Made by a program: the position numbers and the translations under genes. 64,000 nt of DNA, taken from the NCBI GenBank assembly GCA_904063045.1, contig CAJFCJ010000009.1, forward strand, positions 538,942 to 602,941. The letters run 5' to 3'. Shown here in pieces: positions 22,997-36,735 of the stretch. Below the pieces are notes generated by a model. The model saw only the letters and a program-made list of their open reading frames with translations. It was not told the origin of the DNA and did not search any database. Numbering within the stretch: the first letter of the stretch is position 1; every line of letters begins with the position of its first letter. The DNA comes from Dimorphilus gyrociliatus. Lineage: Eukaryota > Animalia > Annelida.

Positions 22997-24800
22997 TTAG
23001 TTCAGGCGCATCAAGAAAGTGAATATCACAGTCCAAACCATTATCGAAACCGTAAATTTGTCGATTTTTGAGGCGTGGTTAACGTTCGTCGGACAAGTTC
23101 CGACGTATCCATGAATTATAATCCTATATGAGATATCTAGTCCCTTAGGCAAACCACAGCTACTTACAGCAATCGACCAGCGCAAAGTCAGAGCCGACGA
23201 CAGTTTCCTTCCGCTCTTACAATCGATCATCTCTCTTCCATTTCTCACAGTTTCATTGCTGGTACAGCCGGAAGATTCAGTGGTTGGTGACAAGGTTATA
23301 ACCTGGTTGCTTCGAGGGTCGAGAACTCCCAGTTTTTGTAAACAGTTCATGTGAGCTCTCATCTTGTCTACGTCATCATGTAAATAAAGAAGTAATTTTA
23401 TACAGCAATCCTTCTTTGCATATGATATTTGATATTGTAAAATCCCACTATGAGGTGCCATATCGAATTCGGCTATATAGCCAAACCAGTTAACTGGCCT
23501 TTTTAATTTACCTTCGAAAGTACATGGTTCCGTAGATAAAACAGGGTTTTTCTTTTTCTCCTCATCGCAGCTGTTTTCATTCAGCAGGGGAAAATAAAAA
23601 GTAATATACAGTATAAATTTATAAGGAATGAATTAGCATGTTTACCAAATAAAAGACTTAGAAAGTAAATAATATGAATTTAGACTATAGGAAAAGATGC
23701 TAGGCGCGTTCCGTCCTACGCCAATTAACGAACGGCCACTTAACGCACTTTCATTTCCTGCACCACCTGTCATTTTCAAAAGCTTTTCTACCCTTACCGA
23801 TAAATCGATCGGTACCAACCCTCCTCTAATACAAAAATGCTAAATTCTTGTCGTCACCTTCTTCAAATTATTCGATTCATGCGTGCTCATTATTGCAGAA
23901 CCGTCTTAAAAGGCGTCCGAAAGTTAAATAGACGCGAAAATATGGCGGCTTGTGCGTGAGGCGAATTTCTATCGCCCCGGGAATTTTCCTCTAATAATCG
24001 GCTTTTGCTTTTCGTCTGGCGGTTCAATTCGGAAGTGGAAGACAACTTTTGCAACTTGTTGGCCGAAATATTGATCCTTATGATAATTAATAACCGTGAT
24101 AAGTAAGGAAGGGGGTAGCCCGCCGACGGTGCTTTTTATACTTATTTGTTCGGCGGATCTATTTTTTTGCTAGTTTCTTTATTGATTCTGTGGCTAATGT
24201 ATTCGTTATTCTCGCAAAGAAAAAAATCGAATTGTTCCCCTTAAAGTTATCTACCTCTTCCCTTTTGACGAAATGAATAGACGAATTAATACAGGACATT
24301 AAGCTGGAACGTTACTCGAGATTTTTTCAATTACTGTGCAATCCAGAAGTTGTCATTTACACTCTGAGTTGATCAGTTTGTCGTTTGATTCGATATTGGC
24401 TGTAGCTATTTATCTCTCGAACGTGTTAATAAATTATAAGTTACAGTAAAAGGAAGCTAACAGTTTTAAGCTATCCTCACGAGTTTAAAAAGTGATAAGA
24501 CGACACCGTTTTTAAGGATTTAACGCCCCACAGAATCGTAAAAGTCTTGCGATAGGCGATGGGAGTTAAAAACACCAAATATATCGAATTATTTACGATC
24601 TTTTATATCCTTATTCGATTTCGAAGATCCTTTAATCTTCGATGTAGATTTTCGTCTTTTTCAACTTACCAGTTTCCACCATCGGTGACCGTTGGCGAAA
24701 TTCCATAATAGTCATAAACGTCCGAACTTTTATATGTAGAATTCTCTCGCCAACCCGAGGCCAAAGTGAATAGGCCTAAAAAATGCCAAACACCCAGCAT
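22997..24800 (-). CDS. TMEM145/GPR180-type luminal (GOLD-like) domain protein, 234 aa, complement(join(22997..23570,24670..24800))
   Basis: Signal peptide MLGVWHFLGLFTLASG; the phase-2 donor TG|GTAAGT joins the acceptor AACAG|C in frame. The core GILQYQISYAKKDCCIKLLLY..CLQKLGVLDPRSNQVITL..SGC..IDCKSGRKL..WSIAVSSCG..GLDISY follows the TMEM145 N-terminal pattern as I recall it ([66 protein letters not shown]). Confidence 0.72.
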
Positions 24801-26077
24801 TTTTTAGAACTGGTCGTCATTTCACCATCTTCCCATTATTCCGTTTGCCAACCGAACAAGAATGTGCCCGCCGCTAGATGGTGTTCAAATCGACAATCTC
24901 TAACGAGCCCTAGTTTGTCCAGGACGGTTGTCGATTAACGAGATGGGTTTTTTTTCTCCTCCCTCCTTTTCCTAATAATTGTTCGTTTTTTCTCTCTTAG
25001 CAGGCCAATGGGCTGGGGAGAGAAATTTCGGTTTTTTGTTTGGATAGGGGAATTTTTCGGGAGATCGAATTCTCTTCCGTCGAGCGGAAAAGGAGAATTC
25101 GAATAAAATCTATGGGGAATCGCCCATCTCCTCCCCTTTTCTTTCACATTTTTCATATAGTTTTTAACACACTTAGCATGCAATCACTTACTCTTCTCGA
25201 TTGAGATATACTGCACATTCTTTTTTATAGATCTAATCTCTTCTCCTGTCGTAAAATTCACGCAACTAACGGTTAATTCGTTTAGATGGAAAAATAAACC
25301 TTCTAAATTGGGTAATACTATATGTGGCATATCTTTTTCATTACCCAAATTCAGAACAAACAAACCATATCGTTTTCAGGTGGATTATATATAGGCTAAA
25401 CTGGGAATTAGTAATAATGCAAGGCGTCAGAAATTGGAAGCTACATATTTGCTGGATAAACTTTGCCAAAGTTCTATTATCTCGTATGATTCATTCCAGT
25501 GCGTCTTTTAGCTATTATTCAATAAGCGCTGGAATTCTTGCCGCAACTTATAAAAACGACAAAAAAAAATTATGGCATACTGATTATTTATAGGAGTACA
25601 TCAAATGTATATTAAATTTTCATTCGGTGGTAGCTCCATCTATCTTTTCAGGAGATTATTAACTCATTGTTTACTGTGTCGACCGTATACTTAAAAGGTA
25701 TTGAAGAGTGTTTTTCAGCTATAGAGCTTTTATAATGTAACTTACACAAATACGATAGGAAAATAGTCGATTCTACTTGATAATATAGTATTTCGCATTA
25801 AAATGGTTGGAAAAATTCAATATTAGTAGTTGAATTTGGGTGGAAGAGAACCGGAAGTTTGGGAGTCATTTGTGATTGCAGGAAATGAGGAAGTGAAGTT
25901 TTGTCAGCTCCGGATGAAATCTCACTAATATTTCCCCCAAAATACGAGAGCTGTCTGATTACAAGTCAGATTGAGTTCTAGTTGATGGCGATGGAATGTT
26001 TTCCTTCAATCGAAACGAATACAGCCCATATAAGAAACGCCTTACTCATTTTTCAATTAGGATCATATCTCTTACGC

Positions 26078-26205
26078 CTCTTTCTTTCTCTGTCTCTGTC
26101 TCTGTCCCTGTCTATGTCTCTCTTACTCTCACTCTCTTTCTCTCTTTCCCCCTCTCTGTCTCCAGCAATCTCTCCCTCTTTCTCTCAATCTCTACTTTCT
26201 TTCTA
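26078..26205. repeat. CT/CTGT-rich low-complexity tract
   Basis: Imperfect (CT)n/(CTGTCT)n run. It generates the spurious ORFs 25982..26206 and 25996..26214. Confidence 0.8.
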
Positions 26206-27561
26206 ATTAGATAAACTCTACAGAGCAGTGAAAGATGATAGCATTTCTAAAACGGCTGAATACGTTCTTCCTTTTTGTTCCATTCTTTGGTTATCCTTTG
26301 ATAATTATTGATAGAAATATTGACGTTTTATTTAAAAAGGAATAAGACGAATAGGAAATGATAAATGTAATAATTATTTATTACCTTTCAATAAAATTAT
26401 AATACTTGTTATAAGAACATGAGTTCGGTTACTGCAATAAAAGAGCGAATGTAATAAAATAGACGTTGTTTAATTCAATGTAAATCGATCTTTTGAAGAA
26501 TATTTAATCAGTCATTCACTATAATAAAAGATTATTTCATCCAGTTCAGATACTTCTACTAGAGATGGCGCTCTAATAACATTGCAATCAGTAGCTAACT
26601 AAGGTTGAAATGAGATTTACTCCTGGGATAATTAAGTCTGAGCATGTACATAAAAAATATTAAATAATTGGATGGGAAAAAACGTATGCGTTAAACGTTT
26701 ATGTGACTCACCGGTATCATTATTAACCTTTAATAATGCCTTCTAAAATTTACTTGCCATTTGCACTCTACTTTCGTCGAAAAGTGGAGAAAATTAAAAA
26801 AGACCCTTAACAAAAGATCATTATTAATTCGAAGTAGAAATTCGAATTATTGTCACATTTTGCTGTTTCTTTCATGCTTTCTTGACATATAATTTATTTT
26901 AACATTAATATCAATGAATATTAAATAAGTGCTTTCAATCTTCCACCTTACAATTGACTACTACTTCTCCCACAAAAATAAAAAACAAATTCCCAACAAA
27001 ATAGTATTTTCTTAAGGAGATAAGAGATGAGAGCATAAAGGCTAAGATAGGATTGAGAAAACTTTACTTTCTATATATATCTTGTAGTTCTTATGTAAGG
27101 ATAAAGCTAAAGAAATCTTTTAACCTTGTAGAATTAGGTAAAAGTACTTGAGAGAGAAAAAGAGAATGAGAAGAGGAAAAGAAGGGTAAAAGAAATGAAT
27201 GGAAAAGAAGTGACAACTATAGTAAAAGTAGTAAACTTTTGTAGTAGATATGAAGCCTCATTTAATTAAGTATATGGAAATGTTTATAAATGTCATACTA
27301 GCAAATTCCGTACATTTAAAGAAACAATGATATATATATATATAGTATATATATATCTAACAGTATATATACATATATATATATATATATATCTAACAGT
27401 ATATTTATACACCAGACAGCGCTGCAACGAAAAAAAAATCAATCAATCGACGCCGCCTTTCTTCACTCGATTCGTGACGTCAACAGCAACGTTTCGACGT
27501 CCATGTTGATTGTTTACATCAGTTAATCCTGACTATACGAAAAAGAGAGGACCTATTAGGA

Positions 27562-29894
27562 ATGCCCTCATTACTCCACAAGCTATTTAGAACACAGAGG
27601 AACCCGCTCTCAGGACAAACGTCCCCGACAGCGCCAAATTGGATAGACGTTTCCTACATAGGCCTCAAATACACATTTGGCCTCGCTATTTACATCGTGT
27701 CTTGTGCTATTGTGCAAAAGATTTCCGGAAGCGCATTTATCTTATCAATATGTCTGGCTACTTTACTAGCTACCCTATTGGGTAAGTAAATTAGGTCTAT
27801 AACACTGAAAAAATCAGTGCTGACCATGTATTTAAATAAACTAGAGGTAAATTGGTCAATAATTGACTAGGTGACAAAGTTTACTGTAATCGATGTTCAT
27901 AAGCAAGCAATGTTACTAGGTATGTACAACAGAAAACCCGATAAGTAAATGCTATATATAACGTTTAATATATTAAATTCTTATAGTTTATTATACAAAT
28001 AACCATCCTTTTGTCAATTATTGGCTATTTATAGAAGGTTGTAAAGTTCACTTTTCTTTTGATACTTTATGACTAAGTGAAACATAATTACCTCAACTGA
28101 CTATTAAATTTTCGGTTCTTTTCCCTATCAGCAATAAATTTCATCGAAATACGAACAAGATCATCATCATTCGTTGGAACTGCTTATGAATATGTCTACA
28201 GGACTATTGGTGAACTTCCGGCCTTCATCGTCGGCTGGTCGACGATTCTCCAGCATACTGCAGTTGCCTCTTTGCTGGCTCGCTCAATTTCTCAGAATTT
28301 TGACTTTCTAATTGGAAGTCCGATACTCAATTTTACTATTACGACCTTTCATTCAAACGGGGATCGTCATTTGGGTGATAGACCAGATTTTCTTGCTCTC
28401 GGAATATTGCTCATCGTTGGAAGTTTACTAGTTGCCGGTGTCAAACAACCTAAACTAGCTTTATTAATTGTTAATTGCGCAGCCTTTCTACTTTTAACTT
28501 TCGTATGTGTTGTTGCTTTATTCCACTTGGATTGGAACATTTGGAAGAAACATTTCTTTTTAGATGGATTTGGAGGAGTAAGTGTAGTTCTTATTCATTC
28601 AATTTATCTTTTCTTATATACTAATATATACATATTTTAAATAATTCAGGTTTTGGAGGGAACATCGAGCTCGATGATTCTTTTTGTGGGAATAATACCT
28701 ATGTCTTCTTCAATAAATCCAACACTTTCTTCCTCCAGATCAACCTTTCCATTAGCTCTCTTTTCAAAGCTCTTTGTCAGCTTACTAAGCTTTGGGGCTA
28801 TTGCCCTGACCTTTAGTCTCTTAGCAGATCCTGACATCTACTTAACTGAAACCGTCCTTCCTGAAGGATTTGCTTTGAGGCACATGTCTTGGATACGATA
28901 TATCTTCTGTTTCCTGGCTGTAATCTATTGCACTATCCTTTTAAGGATTTACATCCGCTTTGGTTCCAAACTTCTTACGAAAATGTCTTCGCATGGCCTC
29001 TGTTTCAATATATTTAAGTTTCAAGATGGGCGAACTAATGCCTTTGTATTTTCAACAATCTTCATATGTGTAATTGGATGTGTGTTAACTGGTGTATTTG
29101 AAACAATCCACCTTATTCAACTGGCTAGTTTTAACTTTCTGTTTTGTCAGTCAATTTGTGTTATTGGTCTACTGTGTCTGAAGTACTATCCTGTTGAAAG
29201 CTTTAGCTTACCTCCAAGGCGATTGACAACACACAATGGAAAAATTTATGGTTCAGTTGATAGCGAGACAACTCCTGAACAGAACGAAGAAGGAGATATA
29301 GATAGAGTTGTCGAAGATTACCTTACAGAGCAAAGTCAGAGAAGATTTTGTTCTTTAGGTTTGGCGGTACACTTGTCTTCCTTTGCATCTGCAGCTTCGT
29401 TCAAAAGAGTTGTCTTCTCGTCCGCCATGTTTATCATAGTTAGTTTCGTTGGTTGTACAATCCTAACTATATTCTATAGCAAATTAGCAGCAGGAAATGG
29501 GTTTTTAATTTTCACATTATGCGTCCTACTCTTGGTCCTCTTTGGTTTTATGGGAACAATAGCAACCCAATCTCAAGCAGAGGAGGGTTTATGCTATAAT
29601 AGTTCGTACATTATAAAGGCTCCTTTGACGCCATGGTTAAACTTATTAACCTTAGAATTAATTGTCATCCTCCTTGTACGATTCAGGGCACTATATTGGA
29701 TTTTTTGCAGCGTCTGGATACTAATAGGCCTTATTATATACGCTTTCTATGGCTATAGAAACAGTGAAGAAGCATCCAGAGTTTCGATTGTGGACGAAGA
29801 AGAACAACTGTTGCAGGCGACACCCAGCGAACCTCCAAGCGAAGTAATTAATAGCACAAGCGATGACGAAGAGCTATTAATACCGGACGATTGA
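27562..29894 (+). CDS. Cationic amino-acid transporter-like (SLC7/CAT, APC superfamily), join(27562..27781,28131..28577,28650..29894)
   Basis: Multi-pass membrane protein. GTAYEYVYRTIGELPAFIVGW matches the CAT segment [21 protein letters not shown]. It also has RPDFLA, a CAT C-terminal KAPLTPWL segment and IGLIIYAFYGYRNSEE. Exons join in phase. Confidence 0.8.
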
Positions 29895-31526
29895 TTAATA
29901 ATCCATACGTAAACGTGGACGCTCACCACTGAAAATTCACCGTTTTTCTTTTCTCTTTTCTATTTAAAATAATTTATTTAGATAAAAAATTACTCTTCTA
30001 TGTTTATCATTCATCTTGTTCATCTCTCTCGGAAATAGGCTACAACAGATGAAGAGATAGAAAGGAAGAAAGAAGAAAAAAATCCATAAAAAAGAAAAAA
30101 AGGATATTTTAATACTTCGAAATTTTTGTTCTTTTTTTGTCAAAAGAAATCGTTATCTATCGTATTCTAAGTGATTTTTACGTATAATCGTATCAACTGT
30201 ATAAAATATGTATGTTTTCTAATAGAATAAACTGGTGTAAAAGCAACAAAAACAAAAGCAAAAAAAAGAAACACAAGCAAGTACACTAATTCTTTGATTG
30301 AAGGAAGAGAGAAGAAAGAAAAGAAAGGGAAAGGAGAGAAGCATGGTCCGTTTGTTTGATCGATCCTTTTTTCTCTTTATTATAAATTCTGTCGGCAGAG
30401 AGAAGACTTTTTGTAGGCATATTACAGGGCTAAGTTAGCTTAATAAACATTAAGCGAGCTATTAATGTTGGTATTGATCTCTAATAAAACAGTACTAAAG
30501 TAAAAGAGAATGAGCCGTTTACTCAGGCATAGAAAATAATTAACACACACTAATTAGTATCGCAATTTGTAAGAGAATAAATAAACTATTATATATTATT
30601 TAGCGAAAGGATATATTCACTTAACGTATTACGTATTTCATTATTCAGTTTGTAATACGAAAATGTCCAAAAAAAGATGATTTATAGACTTTTAATTCGT
30701 TTATGTGGGCCAGCAAATAGTATTAAAAATAACGTTGTAACTTGTTTTCTCTATTCTCCTCTTCTCTTGCGTTTCTTTTTCTTTCCACTTGTCCCGCATG
30801 AAATGAACCTTTTGAAAAAAACATTACATTCACTTTTATATATCCTTCGAGTTTTATTATCAGCTATTCAACAAGCTTTTATGAGCACTAAAGAGGACAG
30901 AGGCGAGAGACGCCTTTAGAATAGTCATAAAACGCTGTTTAAATCAAGAAGAAACATTTTGTGAATATTTCGACAGATGGCGCCTTCTGTCTATATAAAA
31001 AAGAAGAAAGAGAATAAAGTTTTTATCCCAAGTCGTTTAAAACCTGTTGCAACTGATATAGCTGATAGCAAACTAAATAATGGTGTTAGTATAAGAAATT
31101 AACAAAAACAAAATATATCAAAAAAGAAGAGGGAGATTGGACAGACAGAGAGAGAGAAAGTGGAAGCGGAAAGAAAGAGTATGGGTTTGGGGGGGGGGAG
31201 GACGGGGGGAATAAAGAAAACGGTAGGAGGGGTTAAAAGTAAAGATGACCGCTTAAAAGGAGAAACTGTAATATATACAGAGGATTACTTTATCGATGCA
31301 TCTGGTAATCTTTTGACTGAAAAATTAATAATATGGCTACTAATATAGTCTGCGCTCACGTACTTATTCACTTTTTAGAGGCAGGACTCGTGTAACATTT
31401 GGTGTTGTATTGATTTGATGCGTGGTGAGACGAACAATATACAAATATGTTGCATTTTAAATATGGTATAACAATTAATAAAACTAAAATCGTAGAAGTT
31501 AAAGGTCAAGCGTTTTTAGATTAGTT

Positions 31527-31529
<3 letters not shown>

Positions 31530-31560
<31 letters not shown>
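31530..31560. repeat. (TA)n microsatellite
   Basis: Perfect TA run of about 15 units. Confidence 0.9.
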
Positions 31561-31563
<3 letters not shown>

Positions 31564-32664
31564 GCGTATAAACGATACTGAAGATCTCTTTACATCCTTT
31601 ATAGATATCAATTAATATGAAATTTATTGTAAAAATGTTCAGAGACCGGTAAATGTATGTTTAATTATTACCGTATTGAACGCTATGTAAACACTGAACG
31701 GTTTTTCTCTTTTAATCTTACAAATAGTATAGCAGTTAATAATTAAGACTCTATTGTTGAAAGGTAATTCTCTGACATTGAAAAGGAGAAAAGAGTGGAA
31801 TTTTGAGTACATAAGAGTGTAAGTAAAGTTAGTAGTCCGCGCACGGTTTTCCGTCGAAACGTCGACTTAACCGACAATTAAAACGAGTGGCGTCGAGTGA
31901 CGTTGAGAAGTAGGATTTTTTAACACCGTCAACTTTTCTCTCTCTCTTCGTCTCTCTACAATCAATTCCGACGCGACCTCAACGTTACCAACAGATTAGA
32001 GGAGTGGGGAGAAAAAAAAAAGTGCTATAAAAAAAAAACTTTTCAAATCGTCTAATCAAAGGCGTCAATTAATTAGCATAAGCGTTTGAAGCTCCGTTGG
32101 TGTAACTTTTGTTTGCTTTAGCATATGATTATATTTCAAAAAAAGGAGAGATTGAGATTTTTTTTCTATTTTTTTATAATAGCAGCATGCTTGCATTCTC
32201 ACGAAGGTTTTTATATATATATTGGCATAAAACGCAAACAAATTGAATAGGCTTGTTTATATATTCAGAAAGTAATACCCGGGCAGGCGGCTTTTAATTC
32301 ATGCCAAATGTCAAGGCGTGTAAATAACATGGGCCGTTTCAGGAGGGAGTTGGGTGATATGGTTAAGCCTGTTCAAACTTAATAAAACATACATACTACG
32401 CGGATTAGTGTTCAACGGATCGTTTATTGAACGAAAGTCAATTCGAATAATTAGTTTTACAAACAGTTGCTTTTTAATATCCCGTTTAGGACGATTAGAC
32501 ATTTGAGTGGACTGGGAAATTGGTTGCTGCAAAAATCCATATTATTAATATATATATATATACTGTATTTACTGTATTTACTGCATATGATATTAATATA
32601 AGCACATGTAGTGCTATAGACATTTATAGAATTATATACAAAATATAAATCCAGATGAAAGTTC

Positions 32665-32667
<3 letters not shown>

Positions 32668-32713
<46 letters not shown>
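32668..32713. repeat. (TA)n microsatellite
   Basis: Perfect TA run of about 23 units. Similar runs occur near 27330-27395, 33790, 33905, 33990, 40425-40470, 63550-63590 and 63800. Confidence 0.9.
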
Positions 32714-32716
<3 letters not shown>

Positions 32717-33782
32717 CATATGGTTTATGCAGTAGAGCTATTTATCTTGAATTACCTGCACTTATACATTAATCTTTTGGTTTCATATATGCATGCCATT
32801 GTCTAAACATTTATCTATTCCATAAAGATGGTATATTGTAAGAGGAAATGCGACCGATCGTTACTAACTCGGAGACAAGTTGATAAGCGGGGAATATCAT
32901 CAATAAAAGCTGCATATGAAATTCGTGAACGGAATGAATTACGTTCGCTCCGCCACCCTTTTTATTTTCCTTCTTCACCATATTGCCCGATTCTCAGTGC
33001 CAGAATTCAATCTATAATATTTATTCTACGCGTCGTTTTTCCACCCATTTCTATTATTGTTCGTCATGTACCGTAATTGGCTTTTGCAATCCGAGTTTAT
33101 TTGAGCTAATTGCCCTCATTTTCCGAGATTATTTTCTCTTCTTATTATAATTTTTTACCTAATAGAACTGTTTTTTTTCCGCATAACCCTTGTGTTTATT
33201 CAACTTTGAATAAACGTCCTTTTTAGCATCTCTTTGAAAAAAATCCGTTTGCCTTTTCTCGTTCTCATTTACCCCTTTTCCAGTCGGCTATAAATTGACT
33301 GGTGGAACAGCTTGTGCTGACATAATACCGTTTTCAGCACCACGTGCGCCTTTTTCAATTTTGCGGCGGCGGAAAGTGAATTTTAATCTCACTGTTTGTA
33401 TGCTAAGACCGTTCACCGATTCGGCGCTACCTTTGATATTTCTCGTTTTGTTTGATATTGCTGGCGTCCTCCCGTCTGATCCGCTTTATGAATCGTGATT
33501 TTTATGTGTTATAGGCCATTTATGGCGTGAAAAGAGACATGAAAGCATTTTAATTGATTATTATTATGAATGTTAATATTATTATTATTATATTATTATA
33601 TAGAATATTTATTGATATAGAGTCTAAAGAGCTTGGTAGTGGTCTAGATAGGGAATAGAGAAAATCGTTAGAATAAACTCTAATCATTAAGTAATTATGT
33701 AAGAAATTTATTGCAATTATAGAGTTAATATATCTATATGATTTTCTAATACGAATTAATATACTTGTATATATATATACAG

Positions 33783-33820
<38 letters not shown>

Positions 33821-34503
33821 TTCTTTTATAAATCTATTTATTATTTACATATACAGTATAATAGTTAAACAAACATATATCTTTAAGTATATGTAGATGG
33901 ATTTATATATATATATATATATATATAAGCACTGTACTTTACATTCGTATGTCTGTACAATAATTTATATTTATCTATTTATATAGATATATATATATAT
34001 ATATAGAAAATCATTGACAAAGAGACGGTTCTTGAGATAGATTACATATAAACATACATGTATATTTTAATAAGCGAACACCGTACGCTACCAGTCCCGT
34101 GTTCAAACACATTCGAAATGTCAACAAAAGCGTCTTAAAGCTTGACACTAATGTCACAAGATAAACATTAATAATACGAAACGGTAGCTTGCTAAAGTTT
34201 ATGAAGATTTTTTCTTTTTTTTTTCCGTCCCTTAAATAAACGTTTTTTTCGAATTGTCGAAGAGCCAGAATAGCCTTAGGGTTTTGTCGACAGTTTCGAT
34301 CCGTGTAAATAAGAGTCGGATTAACCAATAAAGATCAATTAGGCGGATCGTATATCTAGCATTTATGGCATTTAGAAAATTCCCCAAGTTCGAGCACCAT
34401 CCAAAAAAAGAAAATCAGTCTCTTGTTCTTATTTTCTTTTTTTTATTTATTTATTCACTTCTCTCTATTTTTACAGAGCTTTTTCACTTTTCCTTCAAAT
34501 TTG

Positions 34504-36622
34504 TCATGACACCAAGTTAATTTCATCCTCATCGCTCTCTTCCGCGTTTATGGGTGATTGCGGTATTGTAGATGGTTTATCCCTGCCTGATGAAAGCATT
34601 TCTCTTTCTTTTGAATTTCTCCATTTCATTCTCCGATTTTGAAACCATATTTTTACCTGATGAATAAATAAACATAAAAAGAAATCAGTGAAATATATTT
34701 GCTAATCGAAATGAACAGGTGCCGTCTTTCGGTTGCTTGTAGCTAATTACCAACCAACACATACAATACCCGTATATAACCGGCACATATACATTTAACA
34801 CGTGTTTATACTCGAGTGGATATGTATATTGGACGTTTTTAAATATGTATTTATATACAAAATATATATTTATATATACCCAACATAGGGACGCCCGTAT
34901 GGTGCGTACCTTTATAAATAAACATATCTAAAAAGAAGCATGAAACATCTGTAGACTTAACCGTACGTTTTGTTTCTTTGTTGTTCCCGCACTATTATAA
35001 ATGAATGGAGTATTTATAAATCACTTTTTTTGCTTCGCTTTTAATAAAACTTTATCAGTTTACTTGATCTTATAGAAACCGACGCGAATAGATTAATACT
35101 TCAGCGTCGAAAAATTTGATTTGCGTAAATATTTTCCTAAGGGTTAAGGCTTTTAACAAAATTCTCGTATCGGCCATAAAACATCAATTATAGTTTAATC
35201 GGTGATTTTTCCGCTTTCTCTCCCTACCGCGCTCTCCTACCCTTTTTTAATATATGCCGAAAAATAGGGATTCTATAGAAATCGGATATTTTAAAAGAAC
35301 GTTTACCCAAAATTATATTTACCTTTTCACTTAAGAAAGAAATGCACGAGTTTTTATACTATATAATTAGATAATTATCATAATTATCTCAATGAATAAG
35401 TATATGGTAAATCGTTATGTGGCACAAATAGAGTACAACTTTCTTTTTAGCCACGCCTACTTGGTCTAGTTGTTTCTATTGATTAGTAATTTAAATTATT
35501 TTCTTATAGGGATATTTTTAATTTTCAATATATCAAACAATTTTTTTTACACATTGTAACAATTTCAATTCAATAAACAAGCGTCAAATGTTCTTTCAAG
35601 TATAATAAAAGTTTAACAGATGGAATTGGAAGGTGTCTTGACAAAAAGGTGTTAAAATAAAAAGTAAACTGTACGGTTCGGGTTAAAATTAAACAAAAGA
35701 TTATCTACGTGCACTGTATATAGATTTATATAGAATACAGAAAATTTATTTATTTACCTGTGAATCCTTTAGTCCCAATTTCTCTGCTAGATTTTTCCGA
35801 TCGGGTTTACTAATATATTTCTGTTTTTGGAATGTGTCCTCTAAACCCTTCCTCTGAGAATCGGAGAAAACAGCTCTCCTAAGCATTCCTCTCCTCGGTT
35901 TACCGCGCATATTATTCAATAAAGAGAATGCGTGATGAAGCGGGAGAACGGATGGCCCGCTGGCTGTAGAAACAACAAATTGTCTTTAGACGGTTTTAAA
36001 ACTCTTAAATAAATAAAGCTATTTCAAACCTGGCATATTGTAGTGGGGGTTCGGATTAGCTTGGGTTTGGCTAAAATGGAATGGGTCGAACATGTATGAA
36101 TTTGGGATTTCTGGGGAGTATGGAGGAGCTCGAATCGAATATCTGCGTGTAGGAGTTGCCACTGTTACAGAAGAAGAAGGGAAAAAACGGCACAATTATT
36201 AAAATTGCAGTTGAAGCATTTAAGCGTTAAACTGACACGCAATATTCTTTATTATTTTACTAGTCATAGTGATCGATAATAAAGCTTATAAAGTGGATAA
36301 AGGATTAAAATTCGATTTAGACAACCTCAAACTTTATATTAAAATATTTACAAAAAGATTTTTAACCTTTGTTTTCAGGAGAAGGCGTTTTTTTATAAGA
36401 CGGAGTATCTTTCGACAATATAGCGTTTATTCCAAACTTCAATTGACTAGAGGACGGCGTTGAGGCGTCACTTTCCGCCTTAGACGTCACCTTCAAAGTC
36501 GGTGACGGCGTTCTAGGAGGCGTCCGAGATTTTTCGTTGAATACGCAGAAAGGAAGTGAAAATGCTAGAGGAGGAACATGATGAAAGGGTCGTGGACAGA
36601 ATCCAGCATTTTGCGAGAACAT
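34504..36622 (-). CDS. DBX: Dbx homeobox transcription factor, complement(join(34504..34656,35758..35963,36030..36161,36367..36622))
   Basis: eh1 motif LKFGINAILS. The homeodomain RGKPRRGMLRRAVFSDSQRKGLEDTFQKQKYISKPDRKNLAEKLGLKDSQ|VKIWFQNRRMKWRNSKEREMLS is diagnostic for Dbx. All four exons are in phase. Confidence 0.95.
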
Positions 36623-36688
36623 GATGGCAGCTAGTAAGAGTTTAACGAATTAGTTCAATCGGTTTTATGCTACCGAAACCGTTGTTGA

Positions 36689-36735
36689 TCCCGCCCCCGC
36701 GACGGTGATTGGCTGTAACATTAAAATGGGCGGGG
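36689..36735. promoter_or_regulatory. Dbx proximal promoter: GC boxes and CCAAT box
   Basis: CCCGCCCCC, GATTGGC and GGGCGGGG lie within 70-115 bp upstream of the Dbx ATG. Confidence 0.55.

Noticed and set aside
26284-26295. TCTTTGGTTATC, identical to the first 12 nt of miR-9
   Set aside because: The match stops at 12 nt and there is no complementary star arm or hairpin nearby.
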